From the NCBI RefSeq assembly GCF_964355755.1, contig NC_092672.1, positions 24,441,237 to 24,505,236 on the forward strand: a stretch of DNA of 64,000 nucleotides, in the 5' to 3' direction. The position numbers and the translations under genes are program-made. The notes below the pieces were generated by a model that saw only the letters and a program-made list of their open reading frames with translations, searched no databases and was not told the origin of the DNA. The DNA is from Antedon mediterranea. Taxonomy: Eukaryota; Animalia; Echinodermata. Below, one piece after another: positions 13,924-27,162 of this stretch. How positions within the stretch are numbered: position 1 is the stretch's first letter; each line of letters opens with the position of its first letter.

Positions 13924-15121
13924 CTAGATTTGAACTCGTCACGTTGACGAGTTAGGCTATCGCCCAACGCATCGTAACACGCACATGTTATTTATTATGC
14001 TTAGTCTACAATAGGCTGCACTACAACGATTGTAAAGAACAGCTGGAATACATCAAAATCGTTTAATAAGTGTCAACAGTTGACGGTATTAGCATTGTAA
14101 ACGGTTTAGTTGACGGTTATTTTATATTTTACACCACTCACGTTTATTCAATTGTTTGAAAATGATGACCTTTTCAAATTAAAAAAAAAAGTTCATAAGT
14201 CTAAAAAGGAATTATTTTAGTAATAAAATATTGAAAATTTGAAGAAAATTGATAACGTTTACGCGGTATGCGTTCTATTGAATGTGACGAACTGTGTCGA
14301 AAGAGACAAAATCCCTATATTTTACATTTGTGTGGCCATACGATGACGTCACAACAGCCCAGAGGTAAAAATTTTGCATGAATTCATATCTACAATATAT
14401 CTGCTTACATATTAGGTTAAAAAAATTGGGGGTCACCAGACATCCCGGAGAGCTATAATCGATTCAAAATAGGCATATTTTTACACAAATTTGCATAAAA
14501 TTACCAATTTTCAAGCGCACGATTTTTAAAGTTTGACGTGCACGTGTGTCATTATTTTGCATTCATAATTCATCAAATATGAAAGAAATATATCATAAAA
14601 CTATGAAAAACAATAATCAAGCGCAAAAACGGGCTTTCTAGGCTGCGTACGAGCGAAGTGCGCAATAGCGCGCGCGCAACGCAAATTTTTTTGAAAAATG
14701 TGAAATGCTTAAAATGTCCTGAAACGTGTAGAAAGTTGATTAGAAATTGATTTTGAGCATTTTTAACTTTCAAAGCGAGCGTACGCGCGATTTGACCAAT
14801 GTTCAAAATTTTGCTGATGATACAGGAAGATGACCCTTGACATGAAGCATACGTGTGTCAAGTGGTATTTAAAAATAGCTATTGGTTTTCAAGTTATAGT
14901 CAATCTAAGAATTTCAGAAAATCGCGCGTAGTTACGCTACGCGACCATATTTTCATTAAACCAAAGTTTGTTGCACAACTACATATATACGTGCATCTGC
15001 TGGCCAAGTTACAACATAACTGCTACCGCCGTTTTTTAGATCTGCTGCGCACAAAAATTGAGCAGAAAAAATGAAATTTGTGACAATAACAATAGGCTAT
15101 CGCTCTACAGAGAGCGATAGC

Positions 15122-15125
<4 letters not shown>
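13924..15125 (-). mobile_element. HINE family B copy 1, complete (1.2 kb)
   Basis: CTAGATTTGAACTCGTCACGTTGACGAGTTAGGCTATCGC ... TAGGCTATCGCTCTACAGAGAGCGATAGCCTAA. Confidence 0.87.
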
Positions 15126-15155
<30 letters not shown>

Positions 15156-15203
15156 TCCTGACAATAACAAGGGGTTATCCGCCAAGTGCGGATAACCAAA
15201 AAA

Positions 15204-16405
15204 CTAGATTTGAACTCGTCACGTTGACGAGTTAGGCTATCGCCCAACGCATCGTAACACGCACATGTTATTTATTATGCTTAGTCTACAATAGGCTGCA
15301 CTACAACGATTGTAAAGAACAGCTGGAATACATCAAAATCGTTTAATAAGTGTCAACAGTTGACGGTATTAGCATTGTAAACGGTTTAGTTGACGGTTAT
15401 TTTATATTTTACACCACTCACGTTTATTCAATTGTTTGAAAATGATGACCTTTTCAAATTAAAAAAAAAAGTTCATAAGTCTAAAAAGGAATTATTTTAG
15501 TAATAAAATATTGAAAATTTGAAGAAAATTGATAACGTTTACGCGGTATGCGTTCTATTGAATGTGACGAACTGTGTCGAAAGAGACAAAATCCCTATAT
15601 TTTACATTTGTGTGGCCATACGATGACGTCACAACAGCCCAGAGGTAAAAATTTTGCATGAATTCATATCTACAATATATCTGCTTACATATTAGGTTAA
15701 AAAAATTGGGGGTCACCAGACATCCCGGAGAGCTATAATCGATTCAAAATAGGCATATTTTTACACAAATTTGCATAAAATTACCAATTTTCAAGCGCAC
15801 GATTTTTAAAGTTTGACGTGCACGTGTGTCATTATTTTGCATTCATAATTCATCAAATATGAAAGAAATATATCATAAAACTATGAAAAACAATAATCAA
15901 GCGCAAAAACGGGCTTTCTAGGCTGCGTACGAGCGAAGTGCGCAATAGCGCGCGCGCAACGCAAATTTTTTTGAAAAATGTGAAATGCTTAAAATGTCCT
16001 GAAACGTGTAGAAAGTTGATTAGAAATTGATTTTGAGCATTTTTAACTTTCAAAGCGCGCGTACGCGCGATTTGACCAATGTTCAAAATTTTGCTGATGA
16101 TACAGGAAGATGACCCTTGACATGAAGCATACGTGTGTCAAGTGGTATTTAAAAATAGCTATTGGTTTTCAAGTTATAGTCAATCTAAGAATTTCAGAAA
16201 ATCGCGCGTAGTTACGCTACGCGACCATATTTTCATTAAACCAAAGTTTGTTGCACAACTACATATATACGTGCATCTGCTGGCCAAGTTACAACATAAC
16301 TGCTACCGCCGTTTTTGAGATCTGCTGCGCACAAAAATTGAGCAGAAAAAATGAAATTTGTGACAATAACAATAGGCTATCGCTCTACAGAGAGCGATAG
16401 CCTAA
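15204..16405 (-). mobile_element. HINE family B copy 2, complete
   Basis: Almost identical to B1. Confidence 0.87.
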
Positions 16406-17607
16406 CTAGATTTGAACTCGTCACGTTGACGAGTTAGGCTATCGCCCAACGCATCGTAACACGCACATGTTATTTATTATGCTTAGTCTACAATAGGCTG
16501 CACTACAACGATTGTAAAGAACAGCTGGAATACATCAAAATCGTTTAATAAGTGTCAACAGTTGACGGTATTAGCATTGTAAACGGTTTAGTTGACGGTT
16601 ATTTTTTATTTTACACCACTCACGTTTATTCAATTGTTTGAAAATGATGACCTCTTCAAATTAAAAAAAAAAGTTCATAAGTCTAAAAAGGAATTATTTT
16701 AGTAATAAAATATTGAAAATTGGAAGAAAATTGATAACGTTTACGCGGTATGCGCTCTATTGAATGTGACGAACTGTGTCGAAAGAGACAAAATCCCTAT
16801 ATTTGACATTTGTGTGGCCATACGATGACGTCACAACAGCCCAGAGGTAAACATTTTGCATGAATTCATATCTACAATATATCTGCTTACATATTAGGTT
16901 AAAAAAATTGGGGGTCACCAGACATCCTGGAGAGCTATAATCGATTCAAAATAGGCATATTTTTACACAAATTTGCATAAAATTACCAATTTTCAAGCGC
17001 ACGATTTTTAAAGTTTGACGTGCACGTGTGTCATTAATTTCAATTCATAATTCATCAAATATGAAAGAAATATATCATAAAACTATGAAAAACAATAATC
17101 AAGCGCAAAAACGGGCTTTCTAGGCTGCGTACGAGCGAAGTGCGCAATAGCGCGCGCGCAACGCAAATTTTTTTGAAAAATGTGAAATGCTTAAAATGTC
17201 CTGAAACGTGTAGAAAGTTGATTAGAAATTGATTTTGAGCATTTTTAACTTTCAAAGCGCGCGTACGCGCGATTTGACCAATGTTCAAAATTTTGCTGAT
17301 GATACAGGAAGATGACCCTTGACATGAAGCATACGTGTGTCAAGTGGTATTTAAAAATAGCTATTGGTTTTCAAGTTATAGTCAATCTAAGAATTTCAGA
17401 AAATCGCGCGTAGTTACGCTACGCGACCATATTTTCATTAAACCAAAGTTTGTTGCACAACTACATATATACGTGCATCTGCTGGCCAAGTTACAACATA
17501 ACTGCTACCGCCGTTTTTGAGATCTGCGTGACACAAAAATTGAGCAGAAAAAATGAAATTTGTGACAATAACAATAGGCTATCGCTCTACAGAGAGCGAT
17601 AGCCTAA
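16406..17607 (-). mobile_element. HINE family B copy 3, complete, head-to-tail with B2
   Basis: Junction GCCTAA|CTAGA; scattered substitutions relative to B1/B2. Confidence 0.87.
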
Positions 17608-17681
17608 TAAAGAAAAAAAAAAAAAAGATCCAGGACGATTACAAGGAGTTATCCGCTACTAAGCGGATAACTAATAAGAAA

Positions 17682-19160
17682 CTAGACATGAAACTCGTCA
17701 CTTTGACGAGTTAGTTATCCGCTCGACAAACGCCACGTGCACGTCATACGTTGGAATGTTGCACACAGAAAAAGATTATGGCATTATGACCTGAACTGAA
17801 GAATATGATATGTTGTTAGTGCTAAATTCTGTCTATTTTGTGTCATATAGTATATACATTTTAAAGTACACAGTATACACCTAATTTAAATTTTTAGGCA
17901 TGATGATGTCATAAAAATTAAATATTTTTAACACATGCATAAGATAGTTGATTGACCTAGACAATATTAAAATCTCGGAGAAAAAGGAATACAGATAACG
18001 GTGATGCGCTCCATTTAATTTGAGGAGCAATAATGAAAGAGACAAAAATCATATATTTTACATTCGTGTGACCATACGATGACGTCACAATGTCCGGTTA
18101 ACCATATTGATTAATGATCCGATATCTACAACTCATCACCTTCCAGAACATGTAAGTAAAAAAAAGTTTACCTCGTAGTTTAGAATCTATGATTGTTTAA
18201 AAAAAGGCATAATTTTGACGAATTTTTGAATTTTTTCATTAAAAACACGCACAAATTGTACAATTCGACGTGCTCGTATGACGTAATTTTAAGTCTAAAT
18301 TGTTTTAAAAGTTGATAAAACTACTATAAAAGGCTGAAAAAACATAATTCACGCAAAAAAGATGTTTTTAGCGCTACGTGCGGACCACGCGCGTAAGATT
18401 GTTCGCGCGCGTGAGAATTTTTGACATGCTCAAAATGTCATGATCAGCGTAGAAAGTTGATTAGAAATTAATTTTGCGCATTTTAAATTTTAAATGCGCG
18501 TGCGCGCGTAACTTCGTGTAAAACATGCCATTTTTAGTGCACAAAAAGTTAGCGCAAGATATAAATTAAACTTTTGCTAAGTTTCAATTTAAATTGTTAT
18601 ATGGTTTTCAATCTATGTTAAATACGCGAAATTCATAAAATCGCGCGTAAGTCACGTTGCGCATTTCTGAGGTCATTCACAATAGGAGGTGCACAACTTC
18701 ACGTGAATGCCCATATGTTGACAAAGTTATGAAATGTTATATTTACACGTTTTTGAGGTACGCGAGACACAAAAATGGAGGAGAAATGCGCGTGTGCACG
18801 TAAACTTGTAAAACATGCCATTTTTAATCCATAGAAAGTTTGCCCTTGATATGACTTAAATATTCACCAAGTGTCAATACAAAATGACTTTTATTTTTTA
18901 TCCTATGATCAATCAATGAAATTCATAAAATCGCGCGTAAGTCACGTTGCGCAACTCTGACGTCATTAAAAAATAGGAGGTGCACAACTTCACGTAAATT
19001 TCCATATGATGACAAAGTTATGAAATGTTATGTGTACAAGTTTTTGAGATACGCGAGACACAAAAATGGAGGAGAAAGAAAGAAGAATAATATAAAGAAA
19101 AAAAAAAAAAAAGATCCAGGACGATTACAAGGAGTTATCCGCTACTAAGCGGATAACTAA
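17682..19160 (-). mobile_element. HINE U11, complete
   Basis: Both termini; same internal deletion and double module as U8. Confidence 0.85.
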
Positions 19161-19165
19161 AAAAA

Positions 19166-20742
19166 CTAGACATGAAACTCGTCACTTTGACGAGTTAGTT
19201 ATCCGCACGACAAACGCCACGTGCACGTCATACGGTGGAATATTGCACACAGAAAAAGATTATGGCATTATGACCTGAACTGAAGAATATCATATCTTGT
19301 TAGTGCTGAATTCTGTCTATTTTGTGTCATATAGTATATGCAGTATAATCTGTATACATATTACATACAGTGTAGAATAGGTGAAATTACGGGACCCACC
19401 GTTTATTCCAATTTTTAACATGGCGACGGTATTAAAATTAAACACTAAGATAGCAATTTCGGAAGGCAACATATTACCGTGTAGAAGAAATTTGAATACG
19501 TAGAATATGGATGCGTGCTCGTTTAAATATGATGAACCATGACGCAAAATATGAAAATACGACTTTTTTTATTCAACTGGCCATAGGATGACTTCACAAC
19601 ATCCGATTGGCAAAATGTTCACATTAATTCGTATCTACAGTCCAATAGCTTCCAGAAAACGTTTTAATCATAGTCATCACTTTTTATTCTTACGAGCTAT
19701 AACAGATTAAAATTTACTGTAAAGATGAAATTAATAACCCTGTTAATTATAATTTTTAGGCATGATGACGTCATAAAAATTAAAATATCTTTAACTCATG
19801 CGAAAGATAGTTGATTGACCTAGACAATATTAAAATCTCGGAGAAAAAGGAATACAGATAGGCGTGATGCGCTCCATTGAATATGATGAGCAATAACGAA
19901 AGTGACAAAAATCCTATATTTTTCATTCGTGTGGCCATACGATGACGTCACAAAGTCCGGTTAGCCATATTGATTCATGATCCGATATCTACAACTCATC
20001 AACTTCCAGAATTTGTAATTTAAAAGAATTTCACCTCGTTGTTTAGAATCTTTGACTGTTTAAAAAAAGGCATAATTTTGACGAATTTTGACAAATTTTT
20101 TAACTTTTTCATAAAAAACGCACGTAAATTATTCAATTCAACGTGCCCGTATGACGTAATTTTAAATCGAAATTGTTTAAAAGTTGGTAAAATTACTAGA
20201 AAAGGCTGAAAAAACATAAATCACACAAAAAAAATTGTTTTCAACGCTACGTTCGCACCATGCGCGTAAAAAAAAGGCGCGCGCGTGGGAATTTTTTACA
20301 TGCTTAAAATTACATGAAACGCGTAGAAAGTTGATAAAAAATTGATTTTTCGCATTTTGAAATTTTAAACGCGCGTGCGCGCGTAACTTCGTGTGAAACA
20401 TGCCATTTTTTCCCCATAGTCAGTTAGCGCAAGATATAACTTAAACTTTTGTCAAGTTTCATATTAAATTGTTATATGGTTTTCGATCTATGTTAAATAC
20501 GCGAAATTCGGAAAAACGCGCGTAAGTCATGTTGCGCAACTCTGACGTCATTCAAAAATAGGAGGTGCACAATTTCACGTAAATGCCCACATGTTGACAA
20601 AGTTATGAAATGTTATGTTTACACGTTTTTGAGTTACGCGAGACACAAAAATGACAGAAAGAAAGAAGAATACAGAAAAAAAAAAAAAAGATGATGAAAC
20701 AGGACAGTTACAAGGAGTTATCCGCTCAATGCGGATAACTAA
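19166..20742 (-). mobile_element. HINE U12, complete
   Basis: Both termini; cap loop TCAAT. Confidence 0.85.
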
Positions 20743-20843
20743 AAAAAAGTAACAGGACGATTACAAGGAGTTATCCGCTACTAAGCGGATAACTAATAAC
20801 AGGACGATTACAAGGAGTTATCCGCTACTAAGCGGATAACTAA

Positions 20844-22360
20844 CTAGACATGAAACTCGTCACTTTGACGAGTTAGTTATCCGCACGACAAACGCCACGT
20901 GCACGTCATACATTGGAATATTGCACACGGAAAAAGATTATGGCATTGTGACCTGAACTGAAGAATATGATATGTTTTTATTGCTGAATTCTGTTATTTT
21001 GTGTCATATAGTATACACAGTATAATCTGTATACATATCACATACAGTGTAGAATAGGTGAAATTACGGGACCCGCTATTTATTCAAATTTTTAACATAT
21101 TGACGGTTTCAAAATGAAACGCGAATGTAGCAATTTCGGAAGGAAATTATCTCAGCAACAACATATTAACGTGTGGAAGAAATTTGAACACGTGAAATAT
21201 TGATGCGCGTTCTTTTAAATGTAATGAACTATGACGCAAAAGATGAAAATACGATTTTTTTTATTTAACTGGCCATATGATGACGTCACAACATTCGATT
21301 GGCAAAATGTTTACATGATTTCGTATCTACAATCCAATAGCTTCCATAAAACATTTTAATCGTGATTATCCCATTTTGTTCTTACGAGCGATAACAGATT
21401 AAAATTTACTGTAAAGATGAAATTAATGACCCAAGTAATTAACATTTTTAGGCATGATGACGTTACAAATATTAAAATATTTTTAACTCATGCAAAAGGT
21501 AGTTGATTGACCTAGACAATATTAAAATCTCGGAGAAAATGGAATACGGATAAGCGTGATGCGCTCCATTGAATGTGATGAGCAATAACGAAAGAGACAA
21601 AAATCCTATATTTTATATTCGTGTGGCCATACGATGACGTCAAAATGTCCTGTTAGCCATATTAATGTATGATTTGATATCTACAACTCATCAACTTCCA
21701 GAATATGTAATAAAAATAACTTTCACCGTTTAGTTTAGAAACTACGACTGTTTAAAAAAAGGCATAATTTTGACGATTTGTTTAGCTTTTTGGTCAAAAA
21801 CGCGCGTAAATTTTCCAATTCGACGTGCTCGTATGACGTAATTTAAAGTCACAAATGGTTTTAAAATGGTAAAATTACTCTAGAAGGCTGGAAAAACATA
21901 ATTCATGAGAAAAAAAGATGTTTTTCACGGTACGTGGCCACCGCGCGCGTAAAAAAATGCGTGCACGTTGGAATTTTTGACATGTGCGAAATGTCATGAG
22001 TCGTGTAAAAAGTTGATTAAAAATTAATTTTACGCATTTTGAAACTTTAAATGCGCGTGCGTGCGTAACTTTTTGTAAAACATGTCATTTTTAATCAATA
22101 AAAAGTTTGCACTTGATATGACTTAAATTTTCACAAAGTGTCAAAACTAAATTATGCTTGGTTTTTAGTCTATGAGCAATCATAAAAAATCATAAAATCG
22201 CGCGTAAGTCACGTTGCGCAACTCTGACGTCATTCAAAAATAGGAGGTGCACAATTTCACGTAAATGCCCATATGTTGACAAAGTTATGAAATGTTATGT
22301 TTACCCATTTTAGAGATACGCTCTGCACAAAAAGTGAGGGAGAAAGACAGAAGAATAATA
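20844..22360 (-). mobile_element. HINE U13 body; probable cap 25523-25577
   Basis: CTAG end; stops in linker GAAGAATAATA. Confidence 0.8.
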
Positions 22361-23959
22361 CTAGACATGTAACTCGTCACTTTGACGAGTTAGTTATCCG
22401 CACGACAAACGCCATGTGCACGTCATACGTTGGAATATTCCACACAGAAAAAGATTATGGCATTATGACCTGAACTGATGAATATGATATGTTGTTAGTG
22501 CTGAATTCTGTCAATTTTTTGTCTTATAGTATATAGTACAAACAGTATAATCTGTATATATATTATATACAGTGTAGAATAGGTGAAATTACGGGACCCG
22601 CCATTTATTTCAATTTTTAACATGGAGACGGTATCAAAATGAAACAGTAACACTAAGGTTGCAATTTCGGAAGGAAATTATCTCGGCAACAACATATTAA
22701 TGTGTAGAAGAAATTTAAATACGTAAAATATTGGTGCACGCTCTTTTAAATGTAATGAATTATGACGCAAAAGATGAAAATACGACTTTTCTTACTTAAC
22801 TGGACATATGATGACGTCACAACATCCGAATGGCAAAATTTTTACATGATTTTGTATCTACAATCCAATAGCTTCCAGAAAACGTTTTAATCGTGATTAT
22901 CACATTTTATTCTTACGAGCTATAACAGATTAAAATTTTCTGTAAAGATGAAATTAATGCCACATGTAATTTAAATTTTTAGGCATGATGACGTCATAAT
23001 AATTAAAATATTTTTAACTCATGCGAAAGATAGTTGATTGACCTAGACAATATCAAAATCGGGGTGAAAATGAAAAATGGATAAGTGGAGATGCGCTCTA
23101 TTAAATGTGATGAGCTATGACGAAAGATACAAAAATCCTCAATTTTATATTCGCGTGGCCATACGATGACGTTAAAATGTCCGGTTAGCCATATTAATAC
23201 ATGATCCGATATCTATAACTCATCTACTTCAAGAATATGTCATCCACAAAAAATTGACCGTCCAGTTTAGAAATTACGACTGTTTAAAAAAAGGCATAAT
23301 TTTGACAAATTTTTGTACTTTTTCATAAAAAACGTGCGCAAATTGTCCAATTCGACGTGCTCGTATGACGTAACTTTAAGTCGAAAGTGTTTAAAAGTTG
23401 GTAAAATTACTATAAAAGGCTGGAAAAACATAAATCACTCGAAAAAAATATGTTTTTAATGCTACGTGCGCACCGCACACGTAAAAATGTGCGCACGCGT
23501 GGGAATTTTTTACATGCTTAAAATGACATGAAACGCGTAGAAAGTTGATTAGAAATTAATTTTGCGCATTTTGAAATTTTAAATGCGCGTGCACGCGTAA
23601 CTTTTTGTAAAACATGCCATTTTTAGTGCACTAACAGTTTGCCCTTCATATGACTTAAATTTTCATAAAGGGTAAAAAAAAAATTACTCTTGGTTTTTAA
23701 GCTATGATCAATCATTAAAAATCATAAAATCGCGCGCAAGTCACGTTGCGCAACTCTGACGTCATTCAAAATAGGAGATGCACAACTTCACGTAAATGCC
23801 CACATGTTGTCAAAGTTATAAAATGTTATGTTTACACATTTTAGAGAAACGTGACTCACAAAAAAATGGGAAAGAAATAAGAAGAATACAGAAAAAAAAA
23901 AAAAAAATATTGATCCACTACAATCACAAGGAGTTATCCGCTACTAAGCGGATAACTAA
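22361..23959 (-). mobile_element. HINE U14, complete
   Basis: Both termini; cap loop TACTAA. Confidence 0.85.
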
Positions 23960-25522
23960 CTAGACATGAAACTCGTCACTTTGACGAGTTAGTTATCCGC
24001 ACGACAAACGTCACGTGCACGTCATACGTTGGAATATTGCACACAGAAAAATTATGGCATTATGACCTGAACTGAAGAATATGATATGTTGTTATTGCTG
24101 AATTCTGTTATTTTGTGTGATACACAGTATAATCTGTATACATATCACATACAGTGTAGAATAGGTGAAATTACGGGACCCGCTATTTATTCCAATTTTT
24201 AATGTTGACGGTTTCAAAATGAAAAACTAAGGTAGCAATTTCGGAAGGAAATTATCTCAGCAACAACATATTAACGTGTTTAAGAAATTTGAATATGTTA
24301 AATATTGATGCGCGCTCTTTTAAATGTAATAAACTATGATGCAAAAGATCAAAATACGACTTTTTTTATTTAACTGGCCATATGATGACGTCACAACATC
24401 TAATTGGCAAAATGTTTACATGAATTCGTATCTGCAATCCAATAGCTTCCTCAAAATGTTTTAATCATGATTATCACGTTTTATTCTGACGAGCTATAAC
24501 AGATTGAAATTTACTGTAAAGATGAAAATAAGTGACCCAGGTTATTTACATTTTTAGACATCATGACGTCATAAAAATTAAAACATTTTTAACTCATGCG
24601 ATTGATAGTTGATTGACCTAGAAAATATAAAAATCGGGATAAAAATGAAAAACAGATAAGTGGAGATGCGCTCTATGAAATGTGATGAGCTATGATGAAA
24701 GATACAAAAATCCTATATTTTATATTCGCGTGGCCATACAATGACGTCACAATGTCCGGTTAGCCATATTAAAGCATGAACCGATATCTACAACTCATCA
24801 ACTTCCAGAATATGTAATAAAAATAACTTTCACCGTTTAGTTTAGAAACTACGACTGTTTAAAAAAGGGCATGATTTTGACGAATTTTTGAACTTTTTCA
24901 TAAAAAACGCGCACAAATTATCCAATTCGGCGTCCTCGTATGACGTAATTTTAAGTCTAAATTGTTTAAAAGTTGGTAAAATTACTAGAAAAGGCTGAAA
25001 AAACATAAATCACGTGGAAAAAGTATGTTTTTAACGCTACGTGGGCACCGCGCGCGTAAAAATTTGCGCATGCGTGGGAATTTTTGACATGCTCAAAATG
25101 ACAAGAAACGCGTAGAAAGTTGATTAGAAATTGGTTTTTCGCATTTTAAAATTTTAAACGCGCGTGCGCGCGTAACTTCTTGTAAAAAATGCCATTTTTT
25201 GTGCACAAAAAGTTTGCCCTTGATATGACTTAAATTTTCACAAAGTGTCAAAACAAAATTACACTTGGTTTTAAATCTATGATCAATTTAAAAAAATCAT
25301 AAAATCACGCGTAAGTCACGTTGCGTAACTATGACGTCATTCAAAAATAGGAGGTGCACAACTTCACGTAAATGCCCATATGTTGACAAAGTTATGAAAT
25401 GTTATGTTTACCCATTTTAGAGATACGCTCTGCACAAAAAGTGAGGGAGAAAGATCGAAGAATAATGCCAAAAAAGACACAGGACAGTTACAAGGAGTTA
25501 TCCGCTAAATGCGGATAACTAA
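23960..25522 (-). mobile_element. HINE U15, complete
   Basis: Both termini; cap loop TAAAT. Confidence 0.85.
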
Positions 25523-25693
25523 TAAAATTGAAACAGGACGATTACAAGGAGTTATCCGCTACTAAGCGGATAACTAAAAAGTAACAGGACAGTTACAAGG
25601 AGTTATCCGCTCAATGCGGATAACTAATAATACAGAAAAGGAAAAAGATCCCATACAATAACAAGGAGTTATCCGCCAAGTGCGGATAACTAA

Positions 25694-27162
25694 CTAGACA
25701 TGTAACTCGTCACTTTGACGAGTTAGTTATCCGCACGACAAACGCCACGTGCACGTGATACGTTAGAATATTGCACACGGAAAAAGATTATGGCATTATG
25801 ACCTGAACTGAAGAATATGATATGTTGTTATTGCTGAATTCTGTTAATTTGTGTCATATAGTATATACAATATAATCTGTATACATATTACATACAGTGT
25901 AGAATAGGTGAAATTACGGGACCCCCCTGTTTATTCCTATTTTTAACATGGCAACGGTATCAAAATGAAAAACTAAGACAGCGATTTGGGAAGGAAATTA
26001 TCTCGGCAACAACATATTAATGTGTAGAAGAAATTTAAATACGTAAAATATTGATGCGCGCTCTTTTAAATGTGATGAATTATGACGCAAAAGATGAAAA
26101 TACGACTTTTTTTATTTAACTGGTCATATGATGACGTCACAACATCCGATTGGCAAAATGTTTACATAAATTCATATCTACAATCCAATAGCTTCCAGAA
26201 AACGTTTTAATCATGATTATCACGTTTTATTCTGACGAGCTATAACAGATTGAAATTTACTGTAAAGACGAAAATAAGTGACCCACGTTATTTACATTTT
26301 TAGACATGATGACGTCATAAAAATTAAAATATTTTTAACTCATACGAAAGATAGTTGATTGACCTAGATAATATAAAAATCGGGGTAAAAATGGAAAACA
26401 GATAATTGGAGATGCGCTCTATTAAATGCCATGCGCTATGATGAAAGATACAAAAATCCTATATTTTATATTCGCGTGGCCATACGATGACGTCACAATG
26501 TCCGGTTAGCCATATTAGTACATGATCCGATATCTACACCTCATCAACTTCAAGAATATGTCATCCACAAAAAGTTGACCGTCCAGTTTAGAAATTACGA
26601 CTGTTTAAAAAAAGGCATAATTTTGACAAATTTTAACAAATTTTTTACCTTTTTCATCAAAAACCCACGTAAATTATCCAATTCGACGTGCCCGTATGAC
26701 GTAATTTTAAGTCTAAATCGTTTAAAAGTTGGTAAAATTACTACAAAAGGCTGGAAAAACATAAATCACGTGAAAAAAATTGTTTCCAACGCTACGTGCG
26801 CACGGCGCGCGTAAAAAATGCGCACGCGTGGGAATTTTTTACCTGCTCAAAATGACATGAAACGCGTAGAAAGTGGATTAGAAATTGATTTTTCGCGATT
26901 TGAAATTTTAAACGCGCGTGCGCGCGTAACTTCGTGTAAAACATGCCATTTTTTTTACAAAGTCAGTTAGCGCAAGATATAACTAAAACTTTTGTTAAGT
27001 TTCAATTTAAATTGTTATATGGTTTTTGATGTATGTTAAATACGCGAAATTCGTTAAAACGCGCGTAAGTCATGTTGTGCAATTCTGACGTCTGACGTAA
27101 AATGTTAACTTTACACGTTTTAGAGATACGCTCTGCACAAAAATGACAGAAAGAAAGAAGAA
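25694..27162 (-). mobile_element. HINE U16 body; cap at 28754-28827
   Basis: GAAGAA + TAATACAG..GATGATGAAAC rejoins to the linker seen intact in U17. Confidence 0.83.

Noticed and set aside
25477-25693. CRISPR-like array of palindromic repeats with variable spacers (also 20690-20843, 28700-28878, 31922-32240)
   Set aside because: Eukaryotic context, no cas genes, spacers are related A-rich linkers, and the units are explained as displaced element ends.
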